64,000 bases of DNA from the human T2T-CHM13v2.0 reference genome, Homo sapiens. A model generated the notes under the pieces. The model had not been told where the DNA came from. It did not search any database and saw nothing but the letters and a program-made list of their open reading frames with translations. The stretch lies in assembly GCF_009914755.1 (NCBI RefSeq), contig NC_060928.1. One strand, 5' to 3'. A program made the translations under genes and the position numbers. The first letter of the stretch is position 1. The number at the start of each line of letters is the position of its first letter. This document shows positions 1 to 13,800 of this stretch, piece after piece.

Positions 1-384
1 TTTTCTGTTGCTATAACAGAATACCACAGACTGGGTAATTTATAAAGAAAAGAAGTTTATTTGGCTCATGGTTCTAGAGGCTGGGAAGTCCAAGAACATG
101 GCGCCAGCATCTGGTGCGGGACTTTGTGCTGCATCATCCCACGGCAGAAGGGTGGACAGGAAAACCAGTGTTCAAAACAGAGAGAAAATGGGAGTTGAAC
201 TTACTCTTTTATCAGGAACTCATTCCCACCATAACTATCTTATTCCCCTGATAGCAATGGCAATCCATTCGTGATGGCAGAGCCTTCATGACCTAATCAC
301 CCTTTAAAGCCCCCACCACCCAATACTGCTACATTGGTAATTAACTTTCAACATGAGTTTTAGCGGGGACAGTCAAACCATATT
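1..384 (-). mobile_element. MaLR solo LTR (MST-like), cut by window start
   Basis: agactgggtaatttataaagaaaagaagtttatttggctcat ... ggggacagtcaaaccata is the reverse complement of MST/THE1-type LTR ends. Confidence 0.8.
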
Positions 385-1357
385 GGCTTCTGTCCTGCCA
401 TCATTCTAGATTGAAGCAGAGATGCCCACATCCTGACCTCTCAAGGCAGAGATTTATCTGGTTTGTTTGTTTTCTAAGTTGGGCCTGGAACATTACCTGA
501 AAGCACCTGCATAAAACTGCTCCATCCCTGCTAAGGAGCTGGGTTTCTTGTATTCTCATCTCCCTGGCTAGAAAGTCATTACCCCAGATATCAGGGTCAG
601 ACACAGCTCTCTACAATCACCGTTTTGGTGTATTTGTACATTTATGTTGAAGAGCCAGGAAATCCCAAGGAGTTGGCTTGCTGTTTCTCACTAAGTATAT
701 TGAGTGCATACTACACCTTTTATGGAGATCCTGCCCAAGTCTTTCTAACTACAACACAAAGGATCAAAGACTCTTAGCTAATAGCAGCCAAAACACTATT
801 TAGTTCTACTGTAATGATTCTCTCAAGTATTTCAATCATCTAGGTCATTGAAAAAGATTTTGAGAATGTTTGTGTCTTATCTCATCTTATAAAGTCAGAC
901 TTAGAAAGTCTGAGCATGAGCATGTGTGTATGTGTGCATACATGGTTACACAGAAGAGTGACAATGGTTGTGACATAGGTGTAATAAGTAGCCATGGTTT
1001 TAGGATCTGACCATGGCTACTGTGGCATCATCATTTTGCTGACAAGCAAAGACATTTCTCAGACAGCATTTTTCTTCCCTCTCCAACAGTGGAATATACT
1101 GACTGGTGAATTCCCAAAGTGCTCACTCTTGGCTGCATGGGGTGAAGGTCTAGTTCTCTCTGGCCTCTTACTGGATCTTTGGTCCTATGATCCCTCTGCT
1201 GGGAGGACACTTAAAGCTAAATGCTAAATATGGTACCTGGGCATAGATACCCTGCATAAATATTGGGAGAAATGCTTTTTCCTTTGCTTGGCTTTTTCCT
1301 AGAGAGGCATAAAATTGTTGAGGAATGCAATACTTTGGAGGAGATAAAATTGCTTTT

Positions 1358-1647
1358 TTTTTTTTTCAGACGGAGTCTTGCTCTGTTGCCTAGGCTGGAG
1401 TGCAGTGGCACAATCTCGGCTTACTGCAAGCTCTACTTCCTGGGTTCATGCCATTCTCCTGCCTCAGCCTTCCGAGTAGCTGGGACTACAGGCGCCCGCC
1501 ACCACGCCCAGCTAATTTTTTGTATTTTTAGTAGAGATGGGGTTTCACTGTGTTAGCCAGGATGGTCTCAATCTCCTGACCTTGTGATCTGCCCACCTCG
1601 GCCTCCCAAAGTGCTGGGATTACAGGCGTGAGCCACCACTCCTGGCC
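1358..1647 (-). mobile_element. AluY
   Basis: Full Alu with AluY diagnostics (gcaagctc, gccattctcc, ttagccaggatggtctc); TSD taaaattgctttt at 1345 and 1648. Confidence 0.92.
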
Positions 1648-1998
1648 TAAAATTGCTTTTATTACCACAATTCAGACTCCCAAGCTTGAAGGTAAGACAA
1701 AGTTGTCTCTCATCAGGCCCACATAACAATGTGGCCTTGGCTTGTTTTTACTTCCTTGTGTGGAATTAGATGAGAGAGCTTTTGTTCCAGTTGAGTGCTA
1801 TGGAAATTGTGAAAAGGGAAAGCATAAAGAAACTGCCTATGAGATGGATGTGTCACCACAAGAAGACATTTGATCCCACCAAAAAACTAAATGGAGTAGG
1901 AATGTGGGGGAACGTAGAGCTACCACACTGCACAGCTCTTGGGGCACCAGTCACATTATCATCTATCTAAACATAATGATGACCTAAAACACTATTGA

Positions 1999-2317
1999 CA
2001 ATTACGTACTTTGTAAGAATGTTTCCATCAACAATGGACTGCATGTAAGATGGTAGTGCCATAAGATTATAATACTGTATTTTTACTGTACCTTTTCTAT
2101 GTTTAGATACACAAATACTTACCATTGTGTCACAACTGCCTACAGTATTCAGTACAGTAACACGCCATACACCTTTATAGCTTTGGAGCAATAGGCTGTA
2201 CCATATAGCCTAATTGTGCAGTAGGTTTGTGTAAATGGACTCTGATGTTTGCACAATGAAATTGCCTGACAATGCATTTCTCAAAATGTATCCCCATTCT
2301 GAGAAGTAGTTCTACTG
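1999..2317 (+). mobile_element. Tigger3a-like TcMar DNA transposon
   Basis: ccataagattataatactgtatttttactgtaccttttctatgtttagatacacaaatacttacc matches the Tigger3a body; degenerate TIRs. Confidence 0.85.
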
Positions 2318-3034
2318 TAATCCCTAATGCTAATGGACTTTTTAAAATGTGATTCAGGGCAGTGCTTTTCAAGTTGTAGTCCATAAACTCCTGGAAGTCT
2401 GAAAATATATTTTTAAGGGTCTATAACTTCTAGAAGGATTTTGAAAGTCCTAGATCATCTGACGGTCACTTAGAACAGCAATGCTGTGGGGTCGTAGGGT
2501 TTATATTTGCTTTTGTGTTTACAATCACAGGGTCACCAAGTGATTAGTTAGAGTGATTGTGATTCATTTTTCTTTTAAATTGAAGTAAAATTCATGCAGC
2601 GAAGTGTACCTTTTCCCAAATCTACCAGGTGTCTTCTGTTCAACCTTCTCTCCCACCTTTCATTTCTGGGTCTGTGGCCTCACCACAGGCAATCATGCTG
2701 AATTTCCATCCTTGCGGAAGGCCTTGCTGAAGAGGTGGGATGGAACTGGACCTTGAGGAAAGGGTGAGACTTAGATGGTGGGGGAGAAGGGAGTAGGGTA
2801 AAGGCAAGAACGTGATGCCTTTCAGAGTCTACTCACTTCCAGTCTAGGCTGTCTCTCATCCCAGGGGTAGAGCTTTTGGATGGGAGTATTTGATAGTTTG
2901 ATAGTTTATAAAGTACCACAGTTAATGAGTTGTATGTAATAAAAAAGAAGTTATATCAGTAACATGCCTTCTACGTACCTTCACCTTAGCACAAGATTAG
3001 TAATACATTTTGCTATAAGATAAATACATGAAAA

Positions 3035-4200
3035 AAATGAACTGTAAGAGAATGAAGAGACAAGCCACAGACAGAGAAAATATTTGCAAAAGACATATTT
3101 GATAAAGGATTGATATCCAAAATATACAAAGACTTCTTAAAACTCAACAAGTAAATAAATAACACACCTAAAAAATAGACCAAAGACCTGAACAAACACC
3201 TCACTGAAGAAGATACAGTATATAGATGACAAATAAGCATTGGAAAATATGCTATATATCATATGTCACTGGGGAAATTCAAATGAAAACAATAAGGGAT
3301 ATCACTATACACCTATTAGAATATCTAAAACCTGAAACACTGATAACACCAAGTGCTGACAAGGATGTGGAGGAATAGGAGCTCCCATTTGTTGCAGGTG
3401 GAAACGCAAAATGGTACAGCCACTTTGGAAGACAGTTTGGCAGTTTCTTACAAAACTCAACATGTTCTTACCATATGATCCAACAATCATGATTCTTGGT
3501 GTTTATTCAAAGAACTTGAATACTTATGTCCACACAGAAAACTGCATATGGTTGTTTATAGCAGTTTTATTCATAATTGCTAAAATTTGGAAGCAATCAA
3601 GATGTTCTTCAATAACCCAATAAATAAACAAACTGTGGTATGTGTATATGACAGAACATTATTCAGCAATACAAAGGAATGAGATGTCAAGCCATGAACA
3701 GATACGGAGAAACCTCAAATGCATATTACTAAGTGAAGGAAGCCAATCTGAAAAGGCTACATACCATATGATTCCAACTATATGACATTCTGGAAAAGGA
3801 AAATCAATGGAGACAGTAAAAAGTTCAGCAGTTGCCAGGGGTTAGGGGGATGGGAGGTGGGAGAGATTAGTAGGTCACTGAGGATTGAGAGGGCAATGAA
3901 ACCACTCTTTATGACACTGTAATGGTGGATGCATGTCATTATAAATTTGTCCAAACCCACAGGATGCTTAACATCAAGATTGAATGCTAATATAAACTGT
4001 GGACTCTGGATATTATGATATGTCAATGTAAGTTCATCAGTTGCAATGAATGTACCATGCTGGTGGGGTATGTTGATAATGGGGGAGGCTGTGTGTGTGT
4101 GTGTGTGTGTAGGGTAGAGAGTATATGGGAAATCTCTATACCTTCCTCTCAATTTTGCTTTGAACCCAAAACCAATCTAAAAAATAAAGTTTATTTTTAA
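3035..4200 (+). mobile_element. L1MC1/2-like 3' end
   Basis: End of ORF2 plus the typical 3'UTR gtccaaacccac...gggaaatctctataccttcctctcaattttgc...aataaag; (TG)n at about 4090-4110. Confidence 0.85.
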
Positions 4201-5134
4201 AAAGTTAAATAATTTTTGTATTGGAATCTGCTTTCCATTCCCTACATGGAAGACAAAGGTAGTTGTGTTTTGGATTCATCCAGGAGCTGAGTGATTGATG
4301 GCACAGAACTGGCAAATATTCAGGAAAAGTTTTGGTTGACTTGGTAATCATTTATATCCATGTTTTGGTTTTCTTCTCATCACTTCACTAGGCTGAGTTC
4401 CACACTGGCACATACTGGGTTTAGAGAGAGGTTTGAGGAATGCTCCAGAAAGCCACAGTGTGGGGGTTCTATGGTTTCCCAGGCTAAAAGCAGTGATCTG
4501 GGAGGCTGAGAATGTACAATTGATCCATTTACTTTGGGGAAGCTGTCTTGTACCCCCAGCCTTCCTCTCACGCAACAATGCATTTTCTTCTGGAACTATA
4601 GTATTTGGTTTGGAGCCATCTCTTCCTTTCAACATAAGTGCAAAAACAACCCACCGGGCTTGTTTGATGTTTTAGGTGTGGTCAGCTAACTTGAGGTAGC
4701 ATCTGTAGGAAAGTTTCCCCTCCGAGTCATCACTTCCCCATTCTTGATACTTTCTTTCCTCATCCCCTGCCCCCAAGTTCCCTTTGCCCAGGCCTCCCCT
4801 TTTGTACACACTGCAGGGGCAATCAATTTGAAATCCATCCTTACAAAGCCAAATTTCCACTTGTTTTTATTCTTTAATGAAAGCTCAAGATACAGCAATA
4901 AAACAGTTTTAATCCAGCCCTGCTACTAACCAGCTGGGTGACCTTAAGTGGTCAGGATTGTAGACACCTAAAATACAAGACATGAGCTTGCTCTCACTCT
5001 CAGCCCCTGTTACCTTCCTGCCTCAGTCCCAGGATCCTGACCTGGCTACAGCCCCAATGTCCACACCTCCCCTGGGCTGGACCAACTCCTGCACATGGGT
5101 TGCAACAACAGATCAGATACAAATAACTAGGACA

Positions 5135-5302
5135 TTGTTCTGGTGTTAACTCTCTGTATTGGCCTTGCGCAAGTTACTTTACTACTCTTCAGTTTTCTCA
5201 TATGTAAAATAGGAATAATAATAGTACTACTTCATATGTGTAGGACTATTGAAGATTAAATTAGAAATGTATGCTAAACATTTAGCACAGTTAGCTATTA
5301 AT
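5135..5302 (+). mobile_element. MIR
   Basis: caagttacttt...cagttttctcatatgtaaaataggaataataatagtact MIR core. Confidence 0.75.
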
Positions 5303-6145
5303 GCTGATTGATGGTGATGGTAACTCCAAATCTCACCCCACACCAGGATATTTTGAGGGCCTCAGCTAATAGTGGCCAGGGGAGAGTTCTGTCTTGACTC
5401 GAGACTGAATTTTCTTTCCTCTCTTGGGATTTTCGTCCACACTGGTGCATACTCTACGATCATACCCTGGCATCCTTGCTGACATGCTTATTGCAGAGAG
5501 CACGCAGGCTCTTCAATTGATTCACAGAATTCTACCCCTTTACTTTTATTTTCTTGCCATTTGTATTTCTATAGTTCAAATGTGTCTATTATTGCAAGAT
5601 GAGGGGTTCTTCCACCTGACTTCCCTGGAATGCCTGTGGATGCTTCTTGCCGCCATCTTGGCTTAGCAGTCGGGCACGGGAGCTCAGATATTGGAAAAGA
5701 TGGAGGATGCCTGGAAGGCTTCCTCCTCACCCACCATGTAACCCCCTATCACCACAATGAAAAATTCTGCTGGAGTCTGACCATTTCCTTTATTTCCCCA
5801 CACATTTCTCCCTGCCGAGGCTCATTTTCCTTTGGAACTAAGTTTCCTCTCACTGAGCTGGAGCTCACTATTGAGACTTCATGATTTGAACCCACCAGTG
5901 GGTAGATTACAAGAGTTGCCTGCAAATCTAGAGCTGTGCTTATGTGGAAGTCTGCGGTAGACAAGTTACATGAATGAAGTTAAAAATAAACTTTGTGCAG
6001 TTCCTGGGTCCACAACATTTTTCCCAGGAAATGTTTCTATTTTTCCTTCCCATTTATCCAAATGTAGAATAGAATCACACTTTTCTTCTGTGTATCAGCT
6101 AGGATGAAACAGATTCCTATCTCAGAAAGTTTTTTTGAGGCATAG

Positions 6146-6742
<597 letters not shown>

Positions 6743-7413
6743 TAGTTTTGGACTTCTTTTGCTTATCTCACATGTTTGTGAGATCCTTTCATGTCGTGTG
6801 TAGCAGTAGTTATTTTTTATTGCTGTGGTTTTCTATTGTATGAATACCTCATTTTTTATTCATTCCACTAGTGATGGACATTTGAGTTTTTTCCAATTTT
6901 TGGCTATTTTGAATTAAGCTGTTATAGACATTCTTGTACATGTCTTTTAGAGGGCAAACTCATTTCTCTAGACTGTATACCTAGTGGGAGTTTTTGGTCC
7001 CAGGGTAGACATAGTTTAGCTATAGCAGATACTGCTAAACGGTTTCCAAATTGTACTAATTTACACCCCCACCAGTGAAGTATGAGTGCACCAGATACTC
7101 AGTACCTTGTCAACACTTTGCCTCATTGCTTTTTTAATTTTAGTCATTCAGGCGGGTGTATGACAGTATTTCATTGCGATTTGTCTGCGCATCTATTGAT
7201 GCATACTGACGTTAAGTAACTTTTATATACTTATTGGCCATTTGGGTATCCTCGTTTGCAAAGTACCTGCCATGGTTTGGATATGGTTTGTTTGTCCTCA
7301 CTGAAGTTCATGTTGAAATTTGATACCCGGTGTGGCAGTGTTGGAAGATAAAGCCTAATGGGAGATGTTTGGGTCATGGGGGCAGATTGCTCATGAATGG
7401 CTGGGTGCTGTAC

Positions 7414-8915
7414 TTTTTTTTTTTAACTCCAACTTTTATTTTAGATCCAAGGGGTACGTGTAGAGATTTGCTACATGGGTATGTTGCGTGATACTGAGAT
7501 TTGGAGTACGATTGAACTCGCCACCAAGGAAGCGAGAGCACAGTACTCAATAGGTAGTTTTTCAACCCTTGTCCTCGCCTCCTCCCTTTTGGAATCCCCA
7601 GTGGTTTTTGTTGCCATCTTGCTGTCTGTGTTTACCCAGTGTTTAGCTCCCACTTATAAGTGAGAACATATGGTATTTGGTTTTCTATTCCTGCATTAAT
7701 TCACTTAGGATAATGGCTCCAGCTGCACCCATGTTGCTGCAAAGAACATGATTTCATTCTTTTTATGGCTGCATAGTATTCCATGGTGTATATGTACCAC
7801 ATTTTCTTTATCTAATCCACTGTTGATGAGCACCTGGGTTGATTCCATGTCTTTGGTATTGTGAATAGTGCTGTGATGAACATATGGGAGCATGCCTCTT
7901 TTTGGCAGAACAATTTATTTTCCTTTGAGTATATACCCAATAATGAGATGCTGGATCAAATGATAGTTAACTGTTAGTTCTTTGAAAAATCTCCAAACTG
8001 CTATCCACAGTGGCTGAACTGACTTACATTCCCACCAACAGTGTGTAAGTGTTCCCTTTTTTCCACAGCCCTGCCAACATCTGTTATGTTTTTTACTTTT
8101 TAACAAAGGGCATTCTGAGTGGTTTGAGGTGGTATCTCACTGTGGTTTTAATTTGCATTTCTCTGGTGATTAGTGATGTTGAGCATTTTTTCATGTTTGT
8201 TGGCCACATATATGTCTTCTGAGAAGAAATACATGTCCTTTGCCCACTTTTTAATGGGGTTATCTGTTTTTTGCCATGGTCACCATTGCACTCCAGCCTG
8301 GGCAACAAAAGGAGACTTTGTCTCAGAAAAAAAAAAGAAAGAAAATATTCATCTACGTTTTCTTCTAAAAGCTGTAATTTTTACCTTTCACATTAAGACC
8401 TATAACCTATTTTGAATTAATTTTTGTGTGTAGTATTAAGCAGGTATGAAAGTTCATTTTTCCCATATAGATATACACTTGACCCAGGACCATTTATTGA
8501 CAGAGTCCCTTTGTCATGAATCAATTTAAGCTTCTTATAGATTCTGGATAGTAGACCTTTGCCAGATGCAGAGTTCTGTGAATATTTTCTCCCATTCTGT
8601 AGGTAGTCTGTTTACTGCATTAATAGTTTGTCTTGTTGTGCAGAACCTCTTGTCAATTTTTGTTTTTGTTGAAATTGCTTTTGAGGACTTAACATAAATT
8701 ATTTTCCAAGGGTGATGTCGAGAAAGGTATTTCCTAGATTTTCCTCTTGGATTCTTATAGTTTGAGGTCTTATATTTAAGTCTCTAATCCATCTTGAATT
8801 ACTTTTTGCATATGGTGATAAGTAGGGGTCCAGTTTCATTCCTCTGCATACGGCTAGCCAGTTATCACAGCACCATTTATTAAACATGGAGTCCTTTCCC
8901 CATTGCTTATTTTTG
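7414..8915 (-). mobile_element. L1PA15/16-like, 5'-truncated
   Basis: polyT at 7414, antisense L1PA 3'UTR (ctcccacttataagtgagaacat), ORF2 C-terminal peptide (KLDPYLSPY). Confidence 0.88.
8273..8524 (+). repeat. 252-bp direct copy of 9483-9734
   Basis: Manual alignment: 14 mismatches in 252 nt, no indels. Confidence 0.95.
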
Positions 8916-9258
8916 GTAATTACCCAGTCTCAAGTATTGCTTTACAGCAACACAAAATGGGCTAAGATGGTACCTGTTTAAATCTCTTGCTCATTTAGAA
9001 ATTTTGATTATTTATCTTTTTTCATTTGAAGGTGCTCACTACATATTCTGCACATAGATGCTTTATCAGATATATCTATATGAACATCTCTCAGTCCGTG
9101 GTTTGCCTCTTCACTCCCTTAATATATATTTTGGTGAAGAGAAGTTTCTTAATTTTAATGTAGCCCATTGATCAACCTTAATTTTTAATAGTTAGTGCCT
9201 TTTCCGTTCTACTTAAGAAATCTTTGACTACCCCTATGGTCATGAAAATATTCTTTTT

Positions 9259-9550
9259 GGTTGGGCATGTTCACTCATGCCTATAATCTCAGCACTTTGG
9301 GAGGCCAAGGCAGGAGGATCACTAGAGCCCAGTAGTTTGAGACCAGCCTAGGCAATACAGTGAAAGTCTCTACAAAAAATACAAAAATTAGCCAGGCATG
9401 GTGATGCGCATCTGTAGTCCCAGATACTCAGGAGGCTGAGATGGGAGAATCACTTGAGCCCAGCAGTTTGAGGCTATGGTGAGCCATGATCACCATTGCA
9501 CTCCAGCCTGGGCAACAAAAGGAGACTTTGTCTCAGAAAAAAAAAAGAAA
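9259..9550 (+). mobile_element. AluJ
   Basis: Diverged full Alu; TSD gaaaatattc at 9244 and 9551. Confidence 0.9.
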
Positions 9551-10016
9551 GAAAATATTCATTTATGCTTTCTTCTAGAAGCTGTATTTTTTACCTTTCA
9601 CATTAAGACTTATAACCCATTTTGAATTAATTTTTATGTGTAGTATTAAGCAAGTATGAAAGTTCATTTTTCCCATATAGATATATGCTTGACCCAGGAC
9701 CATTTATTGACAGGGTGCCTTTGTCATGAATCAACTATGTGATTTGTCACATATTGTATATGTGTAGGTTTGTTTCTGGGCTCTCGATTCTGTTCTATGG
9801 ATTTATTTAAATATTCTCGTGTCAATACCATGTTGCCTTGATTACAGCCTCTATTTCTTGAATGCAAGTCTTCTTCATAGCTATTATTTTTTTCCCAGAA
9901 AAAAAGTATAATTTTTTAGTAATTAAAGTCCTCCCCCTCCTGATAAGTTTTCCCTAAATTTTTAGGTTGGATACTCCTAAACCACTTTTTAAAATAATAA
10001 TAAAAAGCTAAACTAA

Positions 10017-10373
<357 letters not shown>

Positions 10374-10490
10374 TAAATGTACAGCTTGACGAATTTTCAC
10401 AAAATGAATGCACTCATGTGTCTAGCACCCAGATCATTATTAGCCCCTCCTGCCCCCGCTCGCCACTGCCCTGACTTCTGACACTACTGA

Positions 10491-10798
<308 letters not shown>

Positions 10799-10976
10799 GT
10801 GTTGGTTTGGAAATCTATATGACTATGTAACACTTATTCTTCTGTGTTAGACATCTTTTATTCAACATTGCATCTGTAAGCTTTATCCATACCATTATAT
10901 GTAGTTGTAGCTTCTTTATTATCATTGATACATATTATTCCATTGTATGAATTTATGATAATTTTTTATCCATTCT

Positions 10977-11351
10977 TGCATTAGTCAATTCTCACACTGC
11001 TAATAAAGACATATCCAAGACTGGGTAATTTATAAAGGAAAGAGGTTCAATTGACTCACAATCCAGCCTGGCTGGGGAGGCCTCAAGAAACTTACAATAA
11101 TGGTGGAAGGAGAAGCAGGCACATCCTTCTTCACATGTGGCAACAAGAAGAAGTGCCCAGCAAAAGGGAGGAAAGCCCCTTATAAAACCATCAGATCTTG
11201 TGAGAACTCACTCACTACCACAAGAATAGCATGAGGGTAACCACCTCCATGATTAAATTACTTCTCACCAGGTCCCTCCTGCGACATGTGAGGATTATGG
11301 GAACTACAATTCAAGATGAGATTTGGGTGGGGACACAGCCAAACCACATCA
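10977..11351 (-). mobile_element. THE1 (C/D-like) solo LTR
   Basis: tgcattagtc...ctaataaagacat...gatttgggtggggacacagccaaaccacatca. Confidence 0.9.
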
Positions 11352-12029
11352 ACTCTATTGTTGAATATTTCATTTTTGCCCCAGTTTTTGGCTACTATGA
11401 TTAGTGCTACTATCAGCATTATTATATATGTGTTTTAATGGACAGATGCAAGCTTTTCTGTTGGGTGTATACCTAGGAGTAGAATTGCTGTTTCATAGGG
11501 AATGCATTATAAATAGCTTTAGTAGATGCTGTTAAACAGTGTTCCAAAGCAGATGAACAAATTTACACTCCTCCAGTGATGCATGAGAGTTCTAGTCACT
11601 CCACATCTTCTCTCAACACTTCATATTATCTTTTCCATAGTAGCCATTCTGGTGGTGTGTAGTGGTCACTTGCTATGGTTTGAATTAGAATTTATCTGAT
11701 GACTCATAAAGTTGAGTATTTTTTCATCAGTTTATTTACCATTGCCCTCTTTGGTGAAGTGCCCATTTAAGTATCTTACCCTTTTTTCTGACTGAGCCGT
11801 CTGCTCAATATATCTATTAGATTATGCTTGATAATTGTGCCATTAAATTCTTCTCTGTTATTACATATGTCCTGTATGTTTGATTTATCAGGGTTTAAAA
11901 GTATCAGAATTACCTGAGAAATTTAAATAAATGCCCTTGGTGAGATCCCATCTCTGATGATTAAATCTGGATTTCTGATGAATGGAATCAGTGTAGCACA
12001 AGCATTGATATTTTTTAAAACATTAAAAC

Positions 12030-13800
12030 TTTTTATTTCAAACATACAAAAGAGTTGCAAAATAGTCCAAAAAATCTCTATATCCCCTCTCCCAGTTTTC
12101 CAAAATGTTAACATTTTATCACTCTTACTTTATGATTTATTGTATCTATATCTATGTTTAGATCAAGATCTAATTTATTCTCTGAATAATTTGGGCAAAG
12201 TTGCAGATATGTTGCCCCTTTACCTCAGTCTAGTAGCTCTGAGAGAATTTTCTCCTTCTGATTTGGTAGAATTTTTGTTTTGTAAATTTCCAAGCTATGT
12301 TGTTAGGTCTAGATAGACATGATTATTCTATCTTCCTGGTGAATTGTTTCTTACTTTATCTTTTTATTTTTTAACCAACATGTAGTGCTCTTCATTAATT
12401 CTATTGTTATTTGTTTCCCTAAATTCTATAATATCCAACATTAAAATTACTGTATCATCTTTTTTATTAATATTTGCTTGAGATATATATATTTCCCCCT
12501 GCCATTATTTGTAAATTTTTTCTGTCAGTTTATTTTGTGTGACTATTGTGAACCTGGATTTATTATTTATTTATTTATTTACTCCTTTATTTTTCTTTCT
12601 TTCATTGAGTGCCTCTATGGCCTAACTGGCAAGGACAACATTATTGATATCATTAATAGTGCTATATTTAGACTTACACTTGCCATCTTATTTAGTAGTT
12701 TTTATTCATCATGTTTTTTCTTTCCTTTCTTCTTTTAGATTGATTGTGTTTTCTTTATTCCTTCTTCCTTTTTACAAAAAGGAGTTTCCCTTTTAAATTT
12801 TAAAGTTTTATGTTGACTTTCCAACAAATGTGTTAACCATTTATTTACTCATGATTACTTTTTGCATCCCATACTTTCTTTTGGCTTTAATTTTGTTTTT
12901 GTTTTTTTTTTTTTTTTTTTTTGCTGATGTCCATCATTTAGTAGTTCTTTGACTGATAATCTATAACTAGTAAACCCTCTAAATCTTTGTATGTCTGAAA
13001 ATGCCTTCATTTTCTTTCAGGTTTGAAAGATACTTCGGCTGGTGTATAATTCTAATTCAAAAAATAATATTCCTCTCTTTTTCAAAAATAAAATTTTTTG
13101 TTTCGTAGAATACATTATCACTGATGAAAAGTCAACTGTCATTCTAATTGTCTTTCTTAAAAAAATACTGCCTTAACTCTTTAGTAATTTTTATAATTTT
13201 TGTGTGTGTGTTTTGAAGTTTCAACATTATGTGTTTGCATGAGAAATTTGTTATTTATTCAGCACACAACACAGATATTCTTTTCAATTTGAGAATACTT
13301 GTCATTCTTTAACTCTGGAGTATACTCAGCTATTTGAACATTATTTCTTTTCCATCCTCTCCTTTGAAACATGTAAGAGCTTTTCAGTATAGACTCTTGG
13401 TCTCCTCTCTCCATCTCTATGCTACATTCTGGATGATTTTCTCAGATTTATCTTCAAAGTGACTAATTTTCTTTTTGACTGTATCCCGTCAATTGTTCCA
13501 CTTTGTCCATTGTTGTTTGTATATCAATAGTTATAGTTTTTTAAAGTTCATTATTTTTAGAAATATGAGACTAGCTTTTATATGCTTGCCTTATTAATTT
13601 CAATATTATTTTAATATACCTTTATCTTAAATATTTTTCAGATTTTTTTCCATTATTTGTAATTCTTGACTCTCCTTATGATAGTTTGTTTCCCTGTGTA
13701 ATTTCTAACTATTGAATATAAATTAATTTTCAGGGTTATTGTTTTTGTAGAAATTCCATGTGCTCTGGGTTGTGAAAACATCTTTAGAATCTAGTCTTTC
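12030..13800 (-). mobile_element. Very old L1M fragments
   Basis: T-rich decayed antisense L1 (ctttgtatgtctgaaaatgccttcattt, tgaaagatacttcggctgg). Confidence 0.55.

Larger units (their letters stand above)
7268..8969 (+). mobile_element. MST (MaLR) LTR split by an L1PA (pieces about 7268-7413 and 8914-8969)
   Basis: 5' tgccatggtttggatatggtttg, 3' aattacccagtctcaagtattgctttacagcaacacaaaatgggctaaga; 5-bp TSD gtacc at 7263 and 8970. Confidence 0.85.
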
